Source: Amoebidium appalachense (lineage: Eukaryota > Protista > Ichthyosporea). From it: a stretch of DNA of 64,000 nt. This document shows, piece by piece, positions 44,995-59,533 of the stretch. The DNA lies in assembly GCA_963693365.1 (NCBI GenBank), contig CAVNZM010000011.1, forward strand, positions 7,521,921 to 7,585,920, written 5' to 3'. Under the pieces are notes generated by a model that was given only the letters and a program-made list of their open reading frames with translations, did not search any database and was not told where the DNA came from. Both the position numbers and the translations under genes were made by a program. The first letter of the stretch is position 1. Every line of letters starts with the position of its first letter.

Positions 44995-45709
44995 GCCGGA
45001 AATGTAAACATCGAACGTTTCGTTCCGTACATTTGTGCCACACGGTGGGTGGCATATTCCATCCTCAAATTTTCTGATTTGTGCTCTTGAGGTCGAACGC
45101 CAACGTGGCAGCAGCTGCAAAAGCCCATAAACAGAGAGGAGATCAACAAGTTCATGGCCAGCACAAAGTCTATGGCTCCTAATTTGCACTGGAACAGTGA
45201 TAGTGTATGTGCAAGAAGGAGGTGCCTCAGGTGCACCGGGCACACAACCATGTGCTCGCATGCATTGAGCTCGGCCATGGCGAAAAAAAATTGCTGCAGT
45301 TGTACGGGCCCTTTTCTAAAAAGAAGCGGCGGGTTAATGAGCTCAAACTGTTCAACGGAAAGGCGAAAATAATTGTTGGATAACGAATCGTGGTGCAAAA
45401 TAGAAGATAAGAGCAAATGGGTAATGACATTTCTCGAATCAAGCTACGTTTAAAGCTTATCTGATAAAAGAATAACATATATGGTTTTAATGAGCTGTCA
45501 TTAGCGAATGGCCCATCGATCTGAGACATCTTGTTTTGGCGGCCGTGGGATGATTCGAACCCAGCAGCACAAAAACAGGAGCCCAGCCATGCCCCTCACT
45601 TCCGGAACTCTCCAAAAAAACAAAACAAAAAAACAAAACAAAAAAAACACAAAAAAAAAACACACACTTTCTCAGCTAGCGGTACCCACTATGCCATGGT
45701 GCTGACAAA

Positions 45710-45750
<41 letters not shown>

Positions 45751-45853
45751 ACCAGTCCCCTTCTCGACAGTTGGTCGCATGCTCGATGGTTGCACAAGCA
45801 CACACTCGCACACACACACCGGTCGGCGCACACGCACGCACACAAGCACAAAC

Positions 45854-45913
<60 letters not shown>

Positions 45914-45939
45914 GCACGCACGCAAACTCGCAGGCGAAC

Positions 45940-45975
<36 letters not shown>

Positions 45976-46618
45976 GCACTCAAGCACACGCGCACACATG
46001 CATGCACGAATACACACAAACACACATAGGTGCACACACACACGCGGGCGGGCGCGCACGCACACGTGCGCACACACGCACACAACACACATGCACGCAC
46101 ACACACCCACACACGTACACGCACAGACACACACACACACTCATGAACACACACACACACACACACATACACACACAGGCCCTGGAGGCCACCGTCACGG
46201 CTGCCCGTCAAGTGCATGAGTTTGTCCCGTGGCATCAAAAGGTACATGTGACAGTCTAGCTAGCTATCTGTTTCGGTTTTATCTAGCTTGTTCTCTTTTC
46301 TCGTGGGACGTACCGGTGGACAGTGAGCAGAGATGACAAAAATACCTGTGATGATTCCTATTACATATGCACACGGTTGCCAGTGCATTTTCTTTCTTTC
46401 TGCTTCGTACTTGGGTGGGAGAGTGAGGTTACCGGTTGAGAGTATTCGGGTTTTGGATTTTGGGGTTTGGGTTGCGGGGGGTAGGCGCGGGGGGAGGGGG
46501 GGGAGGGGGGAGGGTCTCGAGTCACGAGTATGTTCTGTGGCCACTAATATTATAGTATGTATGAACCAGAAATTTCGGCTGCAGTAGAAACAGCACTTTA
46601 CATAACACTCCTTCCTTC

Positions 46619-46654
<36 letters not shown>

Positions 46655-46701
46655 CTCCCTCCCCTCCCTCCCCCCCCCCCCCCCCCCCCCTCTCTCTCTC
46701 C

Positions 46702-46763
<62 letters not shown>

Positions 46764-46774
46764 TTTTTTTTTTT

Positions 46775-46805
<31 letters not shown>

Positions 46806-48080
46806 AGGGGGCTGTGTTACATTATTAGCCAAGGCACACCTTTACCGGCTTATACATTCTAGAAGAAATAAAAAGGCCTACGTACTGATAATATGTACAA
46901 CCACAGACGTTACGAGTACATACACAATCTTGGTGTTCTTTCGGCCTCTGCACAGCTAACCATGTTAAATCCCGAACGTTTCTAGATTCGGTGGTCAGTG
47001 TTTTGTGGCACCGTCAATGTCCCTAAGTCCCATATAATTGAGATAATGGTTGTATATAGTTGCTGGATAAATTTTGACATCAGCCTAGAACCATCGCTAC
47101 CCGCCCCCCCCCCCCCCCCCCCCCCCTCCTCCCTCCCCCTCCAAAAAAAAAAAGGAAAAAAAGAAAAGAAAATAAAAGAAAAGGGAAAAAATGAAAAATG
47201 AAAAAGAAAAAACAAGAAAGAAGAAAGAAGCAGAAGGAGGGGAGGATGCAAGGCAGGAAACACAATCACTACTCACTCACCAAACTACAAGTTATAAGCC
47301 CTCTGCATATATGCTTCGTGTGTACACTGCACAAAAAAAGCCTCCAACAACATTTTCTTTGATGACAAACATCAACAAAAGCAACATTAAGGATTATCTT
47401 TATAGTAATTACTGAACAATAATAATAGTTGCATGAGTCTGAGAGAGAGATCATGAAGGGGTCTACCGTCATCATGATCAGAAACCTACAGACATCCTAC
47501 AGACATCACAAGCAAACACAGGTCTACAAGATTTGCAGAGCTCTGCGATTAAAAGAAAACACAAACCTTAACAGGTATAATCTTACCATCATGTGATATT
47601 TAACATGACATTGTACGCCTACTATAACTTAATTTTTTAAATTTAAAAGGTGTTCACCTATTGGCAACGTGTGCTGGGCACAGGGGATTGCCAGCCGCCT
47701 TAGCCTCGTGCATTGCCCTGACCTGCTTCTCGTTCAGGTTGCCCATCGTAAACAGTGTCTCCTGTGGATATACCCGTGGATATATTAGCGTGAAAGTCAT
47801 GTCTTGTCGAAATGGAGGTGGATATGCTAGCCCACAAGTCATTCCTTGTTATTATGCAGATAGATATGCAGGTGGACACATTAGCCCACAAGTCATTTCT
47901 TGTCATCACACAGATAGATTCGCAAGTTGATATGTTAGCCCGGAAGTCGTTCCTTGACAAAATGCAGATAGATATTCCAGGAGAGGTACGGATATGTTAG
48001 CCTGTAAGTAGCACGTTTTTTAATGCAGATACGTAAGTGGATGTGGAGAGGAGGCAGGGGGAAGGAGGTGGGGGCGGGGG

Positions 48081-48119
<39 letters not shown>

Positions 48120-48300
48120 GAGGCAAGGGGTTGGGTGGGGGTGGGGGTGGGGATGGAAAGAGGAGAGACAAAAGCAAAGGAGAAAAGGGGGAGTGTGTGT
48201 GTGTGTGAGCGAGAAAGAGACCCAGAAAAGCGGGAGTGCCAGAGGGAGAGAGAGATAGAAGAAAGGAGGGGCGAGCGCAGAGGGAGGGGGGGGGGGGGGG
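44995..48300. repeat. Direct segmental duplication, copy A (of 60697-64000)
   Basis: Colinear similarity from GCCGGAAATGTAAA onward, offset ~15.7 kb, including the microsatellite-filled introns. Confidence 0.92.
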
Positions 48301-48466
48301 AAGAGGGGGGTGTTGGGGTGTGGGGGGGGGGGGGGGAATGGGGCGAGAGATACAAGAGGGGGGAGGGGTGGGGTGTGGCTGGGGGGGGGGGGGGGGGGGG
48401 GGGAGGGATGGATAGATGCAGGGAGGGTGAAAGAAAGAGAGAGGGGGGGGGGGGGGGGGGGGGGGG

Positions 48467-48502
<36 letters not shown>

Positions 48503-48569
48503 AACGGTACACTTGGTGCAGAGGAGAAACACGTGAACAACAGCATCAGGCCAGCAAGGGAAGGGAAAG

Positions 48570-48600
<31 letters not shown>

Positions 48601-48794
48601 AGAGAGGGGAGAGGGGGGGGGGGGGGGGGGGTAAGTCAAGTATTACTACCCTGCATGGGTGGCCGCAGTTTGTACAGACCACACCGTTTGCATGCTGGGG
48701 CTGGACCTGGATGCCATGCAGCCACATGGCCGTGGATACGTCCTCGAGGTGCCCAATGGGCTGGGGGGGGGGGGGGGGGGGGGGGGGGGGGTGT

Positions 48795-48946
48795 TAGGAT
48801 GCTAAAGGGGTTAGAATGCAAGCGAGTGCTTTGGGGGGGGGGGGGGGGGGGGGGGGGGTTAGGATGCTAAAGGGGTTAGAATGCAAACGAGTGCTTGGGG
48901 GGGGGAGGGTTTAGGATGCTAAGGGGGTTAGAATGCAAACGAGCGC

Positions 48947-48950
<4 letters not shown>
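48795..48950. repeat. Short tandem repeat TTAGGATGCTAAAGGGGTTAGAATGCAA.. x3, with poly-G spacers
   Basis: Seen directly. Confidence 0.85.
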
Positions 48951-49032
<82 letters not shown>

Positions 49033-49184
49033 TAACAATGCATAAGAAGAGAGAATGCAAAGGGGAAGGGGGGGGGGGGGGGGGGGTAGAATGCAACATA
49101 ACGCAGGCGCGATTCTACAAATGAAAAGAAGCAGTGTGGAATAAGGGAGGGTGGGGTGGTGGTGGTGGTGGTGGTGGTGGTGGT

Positions 49185-49221
<37 letters not shown>

Positions 49222-49530
49222 GCTGAGATGGGTTTTCGGAATGCATTACAGGGTCTGGAGTGCACATTCACGAGGGACATATACAACAAGGATGCTGAAA
49301 AAAAGAGCACAGACAACCGTGTGCATCATAAGCAGAGCTCATCCTCAGGGTGTTCATCGTTATCACTATCGCTAATCACATATCATCAGTATAAAACATC
49401 TACTATGATGTTAAACACAATGCCATTGCTTTTCTCGGTTGTGGGCAGGGGGAGAGAGGAAGGGGGTAGGGGAGAAAGGGCGGGGGGGGCGGGGGGGGGG
49501 GGGGGGGGGGGGGGGGGGGAGGGAGTGATA

Positions 49531-50220
49531 TTTTGTGTGGGTAAACGGAGAAGCAGAGAGCACAGATGGGTGTTATGATATACACAACACAGAGACACAC
49601 GGGAAAAACACAACCGGAGAGGTGGAACGATTTCTGGAACCATAGGAAATGAATACGACTGCTTGAGATTTATTCCAAGATGAAGTCCCTTTTATACTTG
49701 GGAATGTGAAAACGATAAACCAATCAAAAGAAGGAAAACTCTATTTTCCAATCAGAAAGACGAAAACTATGAGTGTAAAATATATTGATTAAAATGTCTG
49801 TCGACACATAGAATATAAAACTCAATCCCCTGATGAAAGAAACTTCTAATAAAAGCACGGAAACATTTAACAAAATGAAACCACTTATGTAACTATTAAT
49901 TCATAACATACATTTATACATGTTCTTATCATAACACGTCTAAATATAATTATTCCTAATAGTTGGAGAACATAGCACAATGCTACGTCGTGAGAAAGGA
50001 ATGAGAAAGGAATGTAAGTTACTATATTTGGGAAAATACGAACGAGATATGATTGGATGACATATATAGATTTTGACGCAAACGACAATACGTGTGCGCG
50101 AGCTAAGTATGTCGATACGTACACAGATCTAAGATGTCGTGTACACGGAAACAGAAAGGAAAGAAAGAAATGAAGAAAGGAAAAGGAAACAAACTACAAC
50201 AACTAATAAACAAATACAAA
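49531..50220 (-). mobile_element. ~750-bp dispersed repeat, copy 3 (inverted)
   Basis: Reverse complement of 26275-27009 and 20666-21423. Confidence 0.75.
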
Positions 50221-50484
50221 ATATGATAGCTATAGTGCTAACAGCAAAAGTAGTGCCCACAGTCGCTGGTTCATGAACGTGAAAGGCAACGTGCATCTGC
50301 AGCCAGCAGACACACGCACACGCACGCACACACACACACATACACACACACACACAGACACAGACACAGACATAATCACAGGACGGACACAGACCAGACA
50401 GACAAACGCCATATGCACAAAAGCAGGCAACACAAAACTAACCTTCAAAGGGCAGCATGGTCCAAAACAATCAGCACGGTGGCT

Positions 50485-50612
50485 GCGCGATCTGCGGAGG
50501 GGATCTGTGACCAGGCGACCTGCGGGAAGGGAACTGCGACCAGGCGACCTGCGGGAAGGGACCTGCGACCAGGCGACCTGCGGGAAAGGACCTGCGGACC
50601 TGCGGGAAGGGG
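50485..50612. repeat. 29-bp minisatellite (GCGACCAGGCGACCTGCGGGAAGGGACCT-like), ~4 copies
   Basis: Seen directly. Confidence 0.85.
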
Positions 50613-50948
50613 GAAGAGAAATGGAGCAAACAACGTGCGTACAGGCTTAAATGGAGAAAAAATTGCAAACCGGATTGGGATTTAGCCAATCACTATTCGC
50701 CGCGCCTGATTAGGAAAAAGATAAAAATAGATTTCGGCTCGCGCGCGCGCGTGCATCAGCTTGGTGCCCTTAGCGCTACCCTTAGTGCCCTTAGTCACAA
50801 CTATCAGACTATAGTTACGTGTCCTCCACTTCTTTGTTCTTGACCATTTTTTCGGCATGAAAGGGTTTCTGTTACTTCTTGCTGTCCTTCTTAGCGTGCT
50901 TGCTTGTCTTTTTTTCAACATGGGTGTCACTGGCGCTTTCGACTTCTT

Positions 50949-50997
<49 letters not shown>

Positions 50998-51027
50998 GCT
51001 CGCACGCACACACACTCACACATGCAC

Positions 51028-51059
<32 letters not shown>

Positions 51060-51639
51060 GGCGCGCACACACAGGCACGCACACACACACAGGCGCACAC
51101 CTACACAACACACACAGCACAGGCACACACAAGCGCACACACGCACACACCCTGTTATCCCTGATCATGATGCCCCCTCCCCCCTCCCTCTTCCCCCCCG
51201 CGCACCCCCCCCCCCCCCCCCCCCCCCCCCACCCACCCCACCCACCCACCTACAAAGACGAAAACATTGTACATGTATTGCATACACAAATATACTCGCA
51301 CATATACATACACACATTCACTTTTAATCTTTCAGGCTACATGTGCAATATACATTAATTATGCACAGTCGATAGAATTCGTTGTGAAAACCCCCCCCCC
51401 CCCCCCTCCCCCTCCCCCCCCCCCTCCTCGTTCCCCCCATATGCAATGGGGATAATATTGTTTCCCGCTATTAATAAAAAAAATCACCGTTCTAACTTCC
51501 TAAGACCGAACCACTTGTAACACCGACAGTTTCGGTTGTGTGGAACCCCCCCCCCCCCCCCAACCCCCCCCCCCAACCCACCCACCACCACCTTACCAAT
51601 ATTGAGGTGTACACTGCCCCCACATCCCCAACTGTGTGC

Positions 51640-53935
51640 TGAATATCCCGTGCTAGGAAACCAATAACGTGAAAGTAACACATGCCGCATGTGGGTAGTT
51701 ATTGAAAAAACCAATAATGTCTAGGTAACATACTATGTACATATACTATGCTACAAAGGGGGTTCTATACGAGCTACAACGTTGTGTTTTTTTCGTGTGA
51801 CCCTCGTACTCCAGGGGCACATTCACCATCCCCCCCATAAACTTTGTGGTAAAGTTCTCGTGCTAGAAGCTGTTCTGTGGGTAGTTATTGAAAAAACGAA
51901 TAATGTCTAGGTAACACATGTACATATGCTATGCTACAAGGGGGGTTCTATTCGAGCTACAATGTTGTGTTTTTTTTGTGTGACCCTCGTACTCCAGGGG
52001 CACATTCACCATCCCCCCCATAAACTTTGTGGCAAATCTCTCGTGCTAGAGGCTGTTCTGTGGGTAGTTATTGAAAAACCAATAATGTCTAGGTAACGTA
52101 TGTACATATACTATGCTACAAGGGGGGTTCTATACGAGCTACAACGTTGTGTTTTTTTCGTGTGACCCTTGTACTCCAGGGGTACATTCACCATCCCCCC
52201 CATAAACTTTGTGGTAAATGTCTCGTGCTAGAAGCTGTTCTGTGGGTAGTTATTGAAAAAACCAATAATGTCTAGGTAACACATGGACATATACTATGCT
52301 ACAAGGGGGTTCTATTCGAGCTACAATGTTGTGTTTTTTTCGTGTGACCCTCGTACTCCAGGGGCACATTCACCATCCCCCCCATAAACTTTGTGGCAAA
52401 TCTCTCGTGCTAGAAGCTGTTTTGTGGGTAGTTATTGAAAAACAAATAATGTCTAGGTAACATACTATGTACATATACTATGCTACAAGGGGGGTTCTAT
52501 ACGAGCTACAACGTTGTGTTTTTTTCGTGTGACCCTCGTACTCCAGGGGCACATTCACCATCCCCCCCATAAACGTTGTGGTAAATCTCTCGTGCTAGAG
52601 GCTGTTCTGTGGGTAGTTATTGAAAAACCAATAATGTCTAGGTAACACATATACATATATTATGCTACAAGGGGGGTTCTATTCGAGCTACAACGTTGTG
52701 TTTTTTTCGTGTGACCCTCGTACTCCAGGGGCACATTCACCATCCCCCCCATAAACTGTGTGATAAATGTCTCGTGCTAGAAGCTGTTCTGTGGGTAGTT
52801 ATCGAAAAAACCAATAATGTCTAGGTAACACATGTACATATACTATGCTTCAAGGGGGGTTCTATTCGAGCTACAACGTTGTGTTTTTTTCGTGTGACCC
52901 TCGTACTCCAGGGGCACATTCACCATCCCCCCAATAAACGTTTGGTTATATTTCTCGTGCTAGAGGCTGTTCTGTGGGTAGTTATTGAAAAACCCAAAAA
53001 TGTCTAGGTAACACATGGACATATACTATGCTACAAGGGGGGTTCTATACGAGCTACAACGTTGTGTTTTTTTCGTGTGACCCTCGTACTCCAAGGGCAC
53101 ATTCACCATCCCCCCCATAAACTGTGTGGTAAATTTCTCGTGCTAGAAGCTGTTCTGTGGGTAGTTATCGAAAAAACCAATAATGTGTAAGTAACACATG
53201 TACATATATTATCAGCTACAAGGGGGGTTCTATTCGAGCTACAACGTTGTGTTTTTTTTGTGTGACCCTCGTACTCCAGGGGCACATTCACCATCCCCCC
53301 CATAAACTGTGTGGTAAATGTCTCGTGCTAGAAGCTGTTCTGTGGGTAGTTATTGAAAAAACCAATAATGTCTAGGTAACACATATACATATATTATGCT
53401 ACAAGGGGGGTTCTATTCGAGCTACAACGTTGTGTTTTTTTCGTGTGACCCTCGTACTCCAGGGGCACATTCACTATCCCCCCCATAAACTTTGTGGTAA
53501 ATTTCTCGTGCGAGAGGCTGTTCTGTGGGTAGTTATTGAAAAAACCAATAATGTGTAAGTAACACATGTACATATATTATGCTACAAGGGGGGTTCTATT
53601 CGAGCTACAACGTTGTGTTTTTTTCGTGTGACCCTCGTACTCCAGGGGCACATTCACCATCCCCCCCATAAACTGTGTGGTAAATGTCTCGTGCTAGAAG
53701 CTGTTCTGTGGGTAGTTATTGAAAAAACCAATAATGTGTAAGTAACACATGTACATATACTATGCTACAAGGGGGGTTCTATTCGAGCTACAACGTTGTG
53801 TTTTTTTCGTGTGGCCCTCGTACTCCAAGGGCACATTCACCATCTCCCCTTATAATTTGTGGTGAATTTATCGTGCTAGAAGCTACTCTGTGGGTAGTTA
53901 GTGAAAAAACCCGATGCTTATAAGTAACGCATGCA
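51640..53935. repeat. ~183-bp tandem satellite, ~12 units with degenerate edges
   Basis: GTGCTAG marker at ~51860, 52043, 52225, 52407, 52592, 52774, 52957, 53140, 53325, 53507, 53691 and 53873. Confidence 0.95.
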
Positions 53936-54202
53936 CAAATTGTCATCACAGCATTACACTACCATAGTAGTTGGTCGACAATAACGATATATTGGGAATG
54001 TGGACACCATATTGTAAACCAAAAAATAATAACACCATAATATACTACACATACCTAACAATGTATTGTGAATGAATAAAATACTTGCTTACGTGCTGGT
54101 AACATACGAGAAACAAGGATTCTCTCGCTCTTTTTTTCTTTCTTTTTTGTTTGTTTTTGTGTTTGTGTGTGTGTGTGTGCGTGTGTGTGTGTGTGTGTTT
54201 AA

Positions 54203-54236
<34 letters not shown>

Positions 54237-54812
54237 CGTTTTGCAGATATATCGACTAGAGTCCCTCATCAGGGGAACACATTCACAGTACTTTATTAAG
54301 ATCGGCCTTCAAGGCCAAAAAAGCTCGATCTCGAGTAAGATTAGATAGCATTTTATGAGGCCGGCCAGGCCTTAAATACAAAAAGGAGAAAAAACAACAC
54401 ACAGCTAAACATAGATCTAATATTAGCTAAATCAATCGACACACTGGTACATTGCCTGGAGTAAACAGCATCTATCCCACTGGTACATGTACTGTCATCA
54501 TCCAACCAACACCCGTGTAGTACCTTTGTCAAGCGTTCCTACGATACTACATAAGAGAAGAGAGGGTTATATGTGTACGTGTGTACGTGTGTACGTGTGT
54601 GTGTATGTGTGTATGTGTGAGGGAGGGAGGGAGGGAGGGTTGGGAGGGAGGGAGGGAGGGAGGGGGGAGGGAGGGGGGAGGGAGGGAGAGAAAGAGAGAA
54701 AGAGAGAGAGTGTGCATGTCTGTATGTGTGTGTGTGTGTGTGTGTGTGTTTGCGTGTGTGTGTGAGTGCATATGTGAGTGTGCATGTGCATGTGCATGTG
54801 CATGTGCATGTG

Positions 54813-54863
<51 letters not shown>

Positions 54864-55335
54864 AAGGAGGGAGGGAGGGAGGGAGGGAGGGAGGGAGGGA
54901 GGGAGGGAGGGAGGGAGGGATGGAGGGAGGGAGGGAGGGATGGTTGGGAGGGAGGGAGGGAGGGGGGAGGGAGGGAGGGAGGGAGGGAGAGAAAGAGAGA
55001 GAGACTGTGTGTGTGTGTGCATATCTGTATGTGTGTGTGTATGTGCGTGTTTGCGTGTGTGCGTGTGTGCATGTGTGAGTGTACATGTGCATGTGTGTGT
55101 GTCTGTGTGTGCATATGTGCATGTGTGTGTGTGTGTGTGTGTATGCGTGTCTGTGTCTGATGTGTGGATGTCTGTGTATGTTGTGTGTGTGTGTATGTCT
55201 GTGTGTGTGTATGTGCTCAGTTGAAAGGGAAGGGGGGGAGAGGGGGGATGCACCGTGTGTGTGCATGTGTGCACGTGTGTGTGTGTGTGCTCTGTGGAGA
55301 GGGAAGGGGGAGGGGGGAAATGCACCGTGTGTGTG

Positions 55336-55389
<54 letters not shown>

Positions 55390-55528
55390 TTGTGTGTTTG
55401 TCTGTGTGTGCATGTCTGTGTGCGTCGTGTGTGGTGTGTGTGTGTATGTGCATGTCTGTGCATGTGTGCATGTGCTCGGTGGAGAGGGAAGGGCAAGGGG
55501 GGGATTCGTGTCCGTGCATGTGTGCGTG

Positions 55529-55581
<53 letters not shown>

Positions 55582-55812
55582 ATGTATGTGTGTGTGTATG
55601 TGCTCAGTTGAGAGGGAAGGGGGGGGGGGGGGGGGATGCACCGTGTGTGTGCATGTGTGCACGTGTGTGTGTGTGTGTGCTCTGTGGAGAGGGAAGGGGA
55701 GGGGAGGAAATGCACCGTGTGTGTGCATATGTGTGTGTGTCTCTCTGTATGTGTGTGTGTGTGTGTTGTGTGTTTGTGTGTGTGAGCATGTCTGTGTACG
55801 TCGTGTGTGTGT

Positions 55813-55891
<79 letters not shown>

Positions 55892-56032
55892 GGTGTGTGT
55901 GTGTGTCCCGGTGTGCATGTGCGTGCGTGTGTGTGAGTGCATGTTTTTGGAGTGCATGTTTTTGCATTGTGTGCGAGCATGTGGATGCCTTGGTGAGAAC
56001 AAGATTGGACGGTGTCGAATGCTGTGTGTGTT

Positions 56033-56066
<34 letters not shown>

Positions 56067-56242
56067 CTGTGTGCGTGTGTGTTTTTTTGGGGGGAGAGGG
56101 GTAGTAGGAGGACAAGAGGGGGGGGGGGGGGGGGGGTGGTAAAGAGTACGAGAGAAAGGGGTAGAATTTCAGACATGTGGAGGCTTGAGCAAAAGCAGGT
56201 TAAGTCCATAATGGGTAAAACCGGCGCTGGAACGAGAGGGAA

Positions 56243-56281
<39 letters not shown>

Positions 56282-56809
56282 GATGATGTGTGCATTCGAG
56301 GGTGGCAGCCAAAGAAGCAAAGCATCGCAAAGGACATTGGAATAGAGGGACACAGGACCAAAACAGGATCAATGGGAGAAGAGGGAAAAAAATTAATAGT
56401 TACCGGGGAGGGATAAGAAGAAATACTGCAAGTAATCGAGGCGAACAGGTATGGGGGGAACCGGGCAGGAAGAAGGGGGGGGGGGGGGGGGGGGGGGAGT
56501 GAAGGACGAGAGGGTGGGTCACAAGACAGAGATTATTCAGTACAGACTAAGGCTTCAGTCGGGAAGGGAGGGGGGGGGAGGGGGGGGGGGAGGGGAGAGG
56601 AGGGGTGGGGGGGGGTCATAAAAGGACAAGGAAAGGAGGTGATTTCAGCAACCAGTCGAGGCTTGAACAAGAGTAGGTGAAGTTTGTAACGGTTAGCAAA
56701 ACTGGTGCTAGAACGAGAGAGGAAACACACAGTGAAACGTAAAAGAGGGTAGAGAGTTGAGAGGAAGAAGGGGAAGTTTGTGTGTGTGCGTGTATGCATG
56801 GGTGGGTGG

Positions 56810-56922
<113 letters not shown>

Positions 56923-57216
56923 TGTGAGTGTGTGTGTGAGTGGTTACACTGGCAGCGTCCGTGGTGATGGGTTTGGGGGGGAAGGGGGTGAGGGGAGTGA
57001 GGGATGTTTCGAAGAAAGAAAAGTATTGCAAGTAACAAGGGGGCATAAAGACATAGGACTAAAACAATATGGAGGGGGAGGAGGGGGGGGATGCTGTAAA
57101 CTTTGATGCGTCTCGGGGACGTGTGTAGGGACTGCGAGTTCTCTTAGATTTGCATTTCAGAATTTTTACTCTATTCCTCCAGGTTTTTTTTATATTTTTT
57201 TTAGGGTTGGGTTGGG

Positions 57217-57275
<59 letters not shown>

Positions 57276-58695
57276 GTCATTACTTTCCTGTATTATCCTT
57301 TATGCTACTTCAAGTTTTATACCCTACCGCTTACACAGGATGTAGGCTGGTGAAAGGTTTAATGGTGGGACGTTCGGTGACGTTTGTACCACGGACCACG
57401 GGAACATCTTCCCCAGGAACAGTATTCAAAACGAAGAACTTTTATATTTTGAGGTGCTAAAAACGTGAGGACCACTTGTTATGGCCGTTGCCCTTCTCAA
57501 TCTTGGTACGGAAATGCACCCATATTATACTGCAAATGTATTGTATATGACGTGTGTATATCGTACAGGTACTGGTAGTATATTGATAGTACCTCCTACG
57601 TAATGATTTGTTCGCATTCGAACATACTGGCAGTATATACTGAGACTATAACCAATATATGGTTTCCTTAGCTGTGTCCGTATTGGTGACAGTATTATAG
57701 ATGTATTCGTGACATTGCCAATACCACTTGTGCCTTAGATATTCGCAATAGGATAAAAGTTTTCTTGCTATATCATGTTTATGTCCTACTAATATGGATG
57801 TGATATGGGTAGGATATGATCTACATAATGTCAGTATATGTCCACCCTAATACCACGGTATTAGCAATGTACTGCGCATACAAGGACTACACTCCGAACA
57901 TGTTTGTTGAACATGTGTTGGCAATACATTCACAATATTGCAACTACATAGGTAAAGTGACCTGTTCTTTCATCCCCAATATTGTACCAATATATTGGCA
58001 ATAAAATACACGCCCCATATTTTCGGTTGCTTTTACCTATTGATAATAGGTGCATAATAGTCTTGATATTGTGACGGATACATTGGCAATACATTTGGAC
58101 CGTATTGAGACCCTATTATAAGCATATCACAACCCTATAACCAATAGCGACGTTATGTTTGTATCGGCCATATGGGACATATGTGTTGGGTATATTGCCA
58201 ATAACCCAAAATGGTCAGGAATAATACATTCATAATATATTGGCAATAGTCTTGCCACGTTGGACAATACCATAATTTGACACAAAATTATCCTACATTT
58301 TATATATTCATAACTTATTGACAATACTCCGCAAGCAATAGTATAATACCGAATAAATACATTGACAATATCGAAATTGTATTGTTAATAGGCACACGTA
58401 CACGCGTTTTGAGATATTGCCAGTACATTACTCATACGGTATATAGTTATTGGTGGTAGACCCGGCATGGTATGACAATAATATCAAAATATGTTGCCGA
58501 TATTACGTCAATATTACAGTTCTATTACACTTCTATAGCGTCTCTACCACAGAAAATCTCTACTCGCAATACATTGGCAATGGATAATTGATATTACTTC
58601 AGTATTAATTTGGTATTTTTACGATATTGGCAATAGATAATAGCCTCACAATATTGGCAATACCGCCGGGAAGTTTGCTGATGGAGTGTGTGTGT

Positions 58696-58726
<31 letters not shown>

Positions 58727-58736
58727 GGGGGGGGGA

Positions 58737-59184
58737 GACTTTGAACGTGCATGCAATAGACTTCATAAGATGAAAGCACACAAGCTGTGTGCCACACGGC
58801 CTCACGTAAGGGCATGCATGCATGGGGAGGGAATGTGTGTGTGTGTGTGTGGGGGGGGGGACTTTGAACGTGCATGCAATAGGCTTCATAAGATGAAAGC
58901 ACACAAGCTGTGTGCCACACGGGCATGCATGCATGGGGAGGGAATATGTGTGTGTGTGTGTGGGGGGGGACTTTGAACGTGCATGCAATAGACTTCATAA
59001 GATGAAAGCACACAAGCTGTGTGCCACACGGGCATGCATGCATGGGGAGGGAATGTGTGTGTGTGTGTGGGGGGGGGACTTTGAACGTGCATGCAATAGA
59101 CTTCATAAGATGAAAGCACACCGTCTGTGTGCCACACGGGCATGCATGCATGGGGAGGGAGTGTGTGCCAGGGTGTGTGTGTGT

Positions 59185-59233
<49 letters not shown>

Positions 59234-59331
59234 GATTTTGAACGTGCATGCAATAGACTTCATAAGATGAAAGCACACAAGCTGTGTGCCACAAGAGCAT
59301 GCATGCATGGGGAGGCCTAGGGAGTGTGTGT

Positions 59332-59362
<31 letters not shown>

Positions 59363-59533
59363 GGGGGGGAGGGGGGAGGGGGAAGACTTTGAACGTGCAT
59401 GCAATAGACTTCATAAGATGAAAGCACACAAGCTGTGTGCCACACGGGCATGCATGCATGGGGAGGGAGTGTGTGTGTGTGTGTGTGTGGGGGGGGAGGG
59501 GGGGGGGGAGACTTTAAACGTGCATGCAATAGA
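58737..59533. repeat. Tandem array: ~82-bp core + variable (GT)n(G)n, 6 full copies + 1 partial
   Basis: GACTTTGAACGTGCATGCAATAGACTTCATAAGATGAAAGCACAC at ~58737, 58860, 58969, 59077, 59234, 59385 and 59511. Confidence 0.92.

Noticed and set aside
54245-54290. Hammerhead ribozyme on the - strand (CTGATGAGGGACTCTAGTCGATA)
   Set aside because: The GAAA core reads GATA, and stems I/III are not evident.
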